From Candidatus Electronema halotolerans (lineage in GTDB: Bacteria; Desulfobacterota; Desulfobulbia; Desulfobulbales; Desulfobulbaceae): DNA of 32,000 nt. Position 1 is the stretch's first letter. Every line of letters begins with the position of its first letter. Location: the NCBI GenBank assembly GCA_942493095.1, contig OW818675.1, positions 1,200,001 to 1,232,000 of the forward strand. The letters are read 5' to 3'. Of the stretch, positions 31,106 to 32,000 are shown in pieces. A model generated the notes under the pieces. It had not been told where the DNA came from. It searched no databases and saw only the letters and a program-made list of their open reading frames with translations. The translations under genes and the position numbers were made by a program.

Positions 31106-32000
31106 ATGGGAGTCCCAAGAGTAATTTTTCGGGTCTGCGAGACCCTAAACTGTCCGAAATTTCAGTACGGAGACTCCTTCACTGTGTCCGGCGTGGCCGT
31201 GATGATGCGCAACAACGGCGACAGCTCCTTTGTCACCAGCACGGCTGTTCATGCCAATCAGAACCGCGACAACTGTGAAATCCTCTACGGCGATTTAGTC
31301 CGCCTGATCATCAAATACGAGCGAGCCGACCAAATCCCGGACTGCCTGATTTCATGCACCGGCTGCACCGGCTCGCTCCGCATTGAACATTACCGATATC
31401 CCAAGAAAAAGCAGGAACAGGAGGAGCTGGGAAAAACTAACAAGGAAGTGGCTGTTCTTGTTGAAAGTCTGGCAAGATTTCCTTTTTTTCAAATCATCAG
31501 CACCGACAGCCTGCATGAAGTGCTGCGCAATGCCAAGGTTGAGGATTTTAAAAAAGATGACATCGTCATCCGTCAGGGTGCTCTTGGCACAAAACTCTAT
31601 ATTCTCGCCAAAGGCAAGGTCAATATTCTCAATGACACCGGCATCTCTATCTCCACTTTAGCAGAAGGCGAGGTTTTTGGCGAGATGAGCCTGATCTGCG
31701 ACGAGAATATCGGGGCTACGGTGCAGGCGGCCAGCGATGCGAAAATCGTCAGCATTGACTACCGGGATTTTCAATTCATTCTGGATCGCTATCCGGCCAT
31801 GCTCCGCTATTTCATCCGGCTGATGGCCCAGCGCCTGAGCCGGTCCAATAAAATCCGCTTTGATGACTACGCCTCCGGCATGATCGGCAGACTTGAGGAA
31901 ATTCCGCCTGAAGCCCTGTTTCAAACTCTGCATGCCAATGCCAAAACCGGCATTCTCACCATAACCGAAGTGCCCAAAGGCACAGGACGTTTTTCGCTGC
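31106..32000 (+). CDS. Cys-rich N-terminal domain + cyclic-nucleotide-binding (cNMP) domain + start of a DUF4388/PATAN-like domain; the 3' end lies outside the window
   Basis: The frame is open from ATG 31106 to the window end, so it is not in the ORF track because it has no stop. The protein starts MGVPRVIFRVCETLNCPKFQYGDSF...CLISCTGCTGSLRIEHY. The cNMP part is FPFFQIISTDSLHEVLRNAKVEDFKKDDIVIRQGALGTKLYILAKGKVNIL...LAEGEVFGEMSLI...ATVQAASDAKIVSIDYRDF. The last part, GMIGRLEEIPPEALFQTLHANAKTGILTI, is DUF4388-like. Confidence 0.8.
   Translation, partial: MGVPRVIFRVCETLNCPKFQYGDSFTVSGVAVMMRNNGDSSFVTSTAVHANQNRDNCEILYGDLVRLIIKYERADQIPDCLISCTGCTGSLRIEHYRYPKKKQEQEELGKTNKEVAVLVESLARFPFFQIISTDSLHEVLRNAKVEDFKKDDIVIRQGALGTKLYILAKGKVNILNDTGISISTLAEGEVFGEMSLICDENIGATVQAASDAKIVSIDYRDFQFILDRYPAMLRYFIRLMAQRLSRSNKIRFDDYASGMIGRLEEIPPEALFQTLHANAKTGILTITEVPKGTGRFSL

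Noticed and set aside
31383-31933. ORFs 31383-31661 (+) and 31658-31933 (-)
   Set aside because: They compete with a much longer frame that is open from 31106 to the window end and encodes a textbook cNMP-binding domain.

Overview
This looks like a moderately GC-rich bacterial chromosomal segment. Its gene families (DVU0298-like HEAT protein, CooT-like Ni chaperone, ApgM-type mutase, YciO, hybrid histidine kinase) suggest a Desulfobacterota / deltaproteobacterium-like genome, but that is inference only. I can support about 30 protein genes. I can also support two divergent tRNAs (Asn-GTT and Pro-TGG) with near-consensus promoters. There are two complete insertion sequences: an IS630-family element inserted at a TA inside a DUF1566 gene, and an IS1-family element with an 8-bp target duplication. 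There are two unrelated tandem arrays that both have a 23-bp period, and visibly AT-richer islets at about 7.6-8.4 kb and 26.0-28.6 kb. Housekeeping content includes rlmB, lysA, a stand-alone trpB, kdsD, a fused prephenate dehydratase-ACT-prephenate dehydrogenase, a HIT protein, a YbgC-like thioesterase and a yciO-like gene. The strongest candidates for something new are listed here. (1) A roughly 900-aa membrane protein has an N-terminus that reads as a ubiquitin-conjugating (E2/UEV) fold with HPD in place of HPN and Arg at the catalytic Cys position, and no E1, JAB or Ub-like partner lies in the window. (2) A 523-aa protein with GalT/HIT-like half-barrel features is coupled by an ATGA overlap to a PD-(D/E)XK (PDDEXK_2/Rpn-like) nuclease gene. 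(3) An HU-fold/DUF4469-type gene plus an AT-rich membrane-protein gene sits behind a near-consensus promoter flanked by four 23-bp palindromic units. (4) A CooT-like gene and a His5-tailed small protein gene form a pair with no CODH or hydrogenase nearby. All functional calls come from reading the translations by eye. No database search was run, so family names are recalled from memory and need confirmation.
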